Below are positions 32,778 to 35,084 of a DNA stretch of 35,084 nt, one piece after another. Location of the stretch: contig JADGIG010000039.1 of NCBI GenBank assembly GCA_018985235.1, forward strand, positions 1 to 35,084, given 5' to 3'. The DNA comes from Sanchytrium tribonematis (lineage: Eukaryota). Numbering within the stretch: position 1 is the first letter of the stretch; the number at the start of each line of letters is the position of its first letter. Both the position numbers and the translations under genes were made by a program. A model generated the notes under the pieces. It did no database searches, had not been told where the DNA came from, and saw only the letters and a program-made list of their open reading frames with translations.

Positions 32778-34152
32778 TTAAGTCCCAAAATATCGATTCG
32801 AGAAATTTCCCATCCCCGGTTGTAGTTCATAATTCTCATCAATATCTCGATCTATCCAGGAAGTCACGATCTTGACCTTAGGAAACGCTCTGCAAATCGA
32901 GTGTAGACCTTGGGGAGCAGATATGTATGATATAAAAACAATTTTATCCTCTGATACATTGTGATCCAACAGTACGCGAATGGCCATAATTCCAGCAGCT
33001 CCTGACGCGATTCCAGCATCTAGTAAAAAGACATTATAATTTTCTAAATGTGAAGGAAATTTCCTATAATGTAGCTAAATTAAAATAGTCTACCTTTGGT
33101 TCGCCTGTGTTTGGATCTGTTTGGATTAAGATTCGTCCAAGTGGCGCGTCCTTTACTACTTGACGAAGTCCACTTTCTAAAGCGCTACCTCCTCTAATGA
33201 CACATATGCCACAAATAAAATCTTTCAAACTCTTGCCGAAGCCAGAGGTAGATGCTTCAATCATTATATTGTCAATTGGAACAAGATTCATTGCAAACTC
33301 AACTAGCATTGTAGACAACCTTTCTATATGAAACACAAATGAAGTTCTAGATGTGTTTTTGTCTCTTATAATTGTTTGAATGCATTTTAGTTGGTTTGTT
33401 TGAGTCAATAAAACCACTTGCTTTGGCAGCTCTGCAGGCAAGTCTTTCCTATTGAGTGTAGATCTAAACAGAATACCTCTTTCATTTAACTGCCTGTTGA
33501 TGTGTTTCGTGATTAAATCTATGGCTACGACATTGTCTTTTCCGCGAGGACTAATAATGTCAGCAAATTTCATTGAAGGTTGAACATATTGCATAAACAT
33601 TGGCTTGACAAATCTGCGGTACTGTGTAAGCACTCCGATTGTATCCCTGCCTCTTTCAACGATATCTCTTTTCAATCTTCTGGCCAAACAGACATCCGCG
33701 TCTGTATCAACAAATAATTTTAAATCCATTAAACTTCTAATTTTTGCATCATATAAGGCGAAAATCCCCTCAAATATTATAACGTTTACACCATAAATTG
33801 TAGTTGTTTTGGAAGTCCTATTGTGCTGCGAAAAATCATAATTTGGAATTTCGACACATTTTCCCAGTTTAAGCTCTTTTAATTTTTCATAAGCCATATC
33901 AAGATCTAATGCGTCTGGATGATCAAAGTTATAATTATTTCCGTAGGCTGCCTTAATTTGTTCAGCGTTCAAAGGCCTGTAAAATGAATCCAGGCAAATA
34001 ATTGCAACTTGAGGTCCCAATTGTGATATTATACGGTGACTAACTGTCGTCTTACCACTTGCCGAAGCACCGCCGATTCCAATTATGTATGTTTCGATAT
34101 TTTCACCAGTGTTGGAATACCAAGGAAGTCTTCCAGCATCATTCCTTTCCAT
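32778..34152 (-). CDS. URK1: Uridine kinase fused to a UPRT-like domain (Urk1/UCKL1); exons 34152-33094 and 33074-32778, 451 aa
   Basis: IGIGGASASGKTT, NFDHPDA and RRLKRDIVERGRD. Splicing restores TGEPK|LHY.KFP...LLD...ASGAAGIMAIRVLLDH. Ends PGMGNFSNRYFGT. Confidence 0.95.
33075..33093 (-). other. 19-nt spliceosomal intron
   Basis: gtagactattttaatttag; phase 0 (AAG|CTA); restores the UCKL1-type GEP.LHY motif and joins the 69-aa ORF. Confidence 0.93.
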
Positions 34153-34246
34153 ATTGAAAACCCTTTGTCTCGAACCAATATTATCTTAGATTGTATAAAT
34201 GTTATGAACACATTGCACGACGAATTTTGCTGAAAAAGTATTTATT

Positions 34247-34570
34247 TTAATCGGTTTCCTCAAAGGTTACAGTTCGATTCACATTGTAATTAATTTTTTT
34301 CGATTTTTTGTCGGCAGTGACATATTTTTCAACTTTGCCTAGTATTTCCTCTACATTTCCAGGCAAAGTTTCTCTCAGCTTCACTTTAAATTTCCCTCTA
34401 TCAATGTGATCTTTCTTAACCTCAACCACTTTAAAATGTGACAATTGCCTTACAAGTTTTGTTTTGATGGTTCTGTGAGAGAACTCAGGAGCTTCCTCAA
34501 AGAGTTGCTGCATACTTTTAGGGCCTTTTTTCAATGCATGAAATATTGTGTTTGTAAGAAATTTATTCAT
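34247..34570 (-). CDS. Small basic hypothetical protein
   Basis: Lys-rich ORF; first ATG at 34570 with an AAAGGGG motif about 15-20 nt upstream; no family recognised. Confidence 0.55.
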   Translation of the reverse strand: MNKFLTNTIFHALKKGPKSMQQLFEEAPEFSHRTIKTKLVRQLSHFKVVEVKKDHIDRGKFKVKLRETLPGNVEEILGKVEKYVTADKKSKKINYNVNRTVTFEETD

Positions 34571-34607
34571 CGAACTTTTCAACGACCCCTTTCTTAAAAT
34601 TATTTAT

Positions 34608-34958
34608 TTAAATGGGCATGTTATTTATGTCACAATTAAATTTTAGCGTTTGCTCATCAATTTTCAAAAGATCGCGGCAACTACCGGAAAAGCCTAAATT
34701 GGAACGGCCAGGTGCAATATGGAATGTTGGATCTTGCATGTTACCCTTTGCATCAAACAAAATATGAACAGGGTCTACGGCATTATTGTAAAGTACTTCA
34801 ACGAGCCTGATAGAGGCAGTTTGCTTTTGTTCTTTATTAGACTCATATGTCAGGTAAACCACAGAATTTTGACCATATTTTGCTTGTAAATCAAAAATGC
34901 TTCTTTTAGAAATTTCCAATTGAATGCTCATCTGTAATATAAGAAATATTGTTTGCAT
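34608..34958 (-). CDS. Small hypothetical protein, possibly secreted
   Basis: 116-aa ORF with a short hydrophobic N-terminus followed by KR, and two Cys near the C-terminus. Confidence 0.5.
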   Translation of the reverse strand: MQTIFLILQMSIQLEISKRSIFDLQAKYGQNSVVYLTYESNKEQKQTASIRLVEVLYNNAVDPVHILFDAKGNMQDPTFHIAPGRSNLGFSGSCRDLLKIDEQTLKFNCDINNMPI

Positions 34959-35084
34959 CTGTTGTTTGAAAGATTCTTAATTTAGATCGCTTCATTTTTT
35001 TATAGAATTTAGATCGAGCATGTCACGCCATACGATGCTGACTTAAGACAATTTAACAATTTCGTGCATGTTACTGTTGCTATG

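Noticed and set aside
2480..33093. Split ORFs as pseudogenes, programmed frameshifts or stop-codon reassignment
   Set aside because: Every break is explained by a GTA...TAG segment of 19-20 nt. TAA, TAG (2855, 28309) and TGA (4374, 14640) all terminate genes, so the code is standard.
1164..34233. Numerous 60-130 aa antisense or alternate-frame ORFs in the track (e.g. 1164-1547, 3336-3665, 12061-12441, 24541-24876, 29871-30263)
   Set aside because: They are shadows of well-supported genes, with no motifs of their own.
34979..35016. Direct repeat AATTTAGATCG x2
   Set aside because: Only two 11-bp copies near the window edge; not an array or a CRISPR.

Overview
This window is eukaryotic nuclear DNA, AT-rich and extremely gene-dense, using the standard genetic code (TAA, TAG and TGA all end genes). 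Gene content suggests a reduced early-diverging fungus or holomycotan; this is inference and the species cannot be named from sequence alone. About 20 housekeeping and orphan genes are packed with spacers mostly of 1-60 bp. They include an ASH1/Set2-type SET methyltransferase, fidgetin-like AAA ATPase, Rieske protein, HEATR5/Laa1, bystin, type-II NADH dehydrogenase, Pho80-type cyclin, phosphoglycerate mutase, URB1-like, CSN6-like, Prp16, Psf2, METTL16, Not1, a PQ-loop transporter, PMCA/Pmc1, PPCDC and uridine kinase. The main discovery is that five pairs of split ORFs are single genes interrupted by ultra-short spliceosomal introns (four of 19 nt, one of 20 nt). All five fit GTA...YTNAYYTAG, with an invariant A at -6 and no +5 G. 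Removing the four 19-nt introns restores conserved motifs, and removing the 20-nt one joins two ORFs in frame. A short YCCTT/CCC-type motif recurs just upstream of many start codons and points to small ORFs that the ORF track missed. No mobile element, CRISPR, rRNA or tRNA was recognised.
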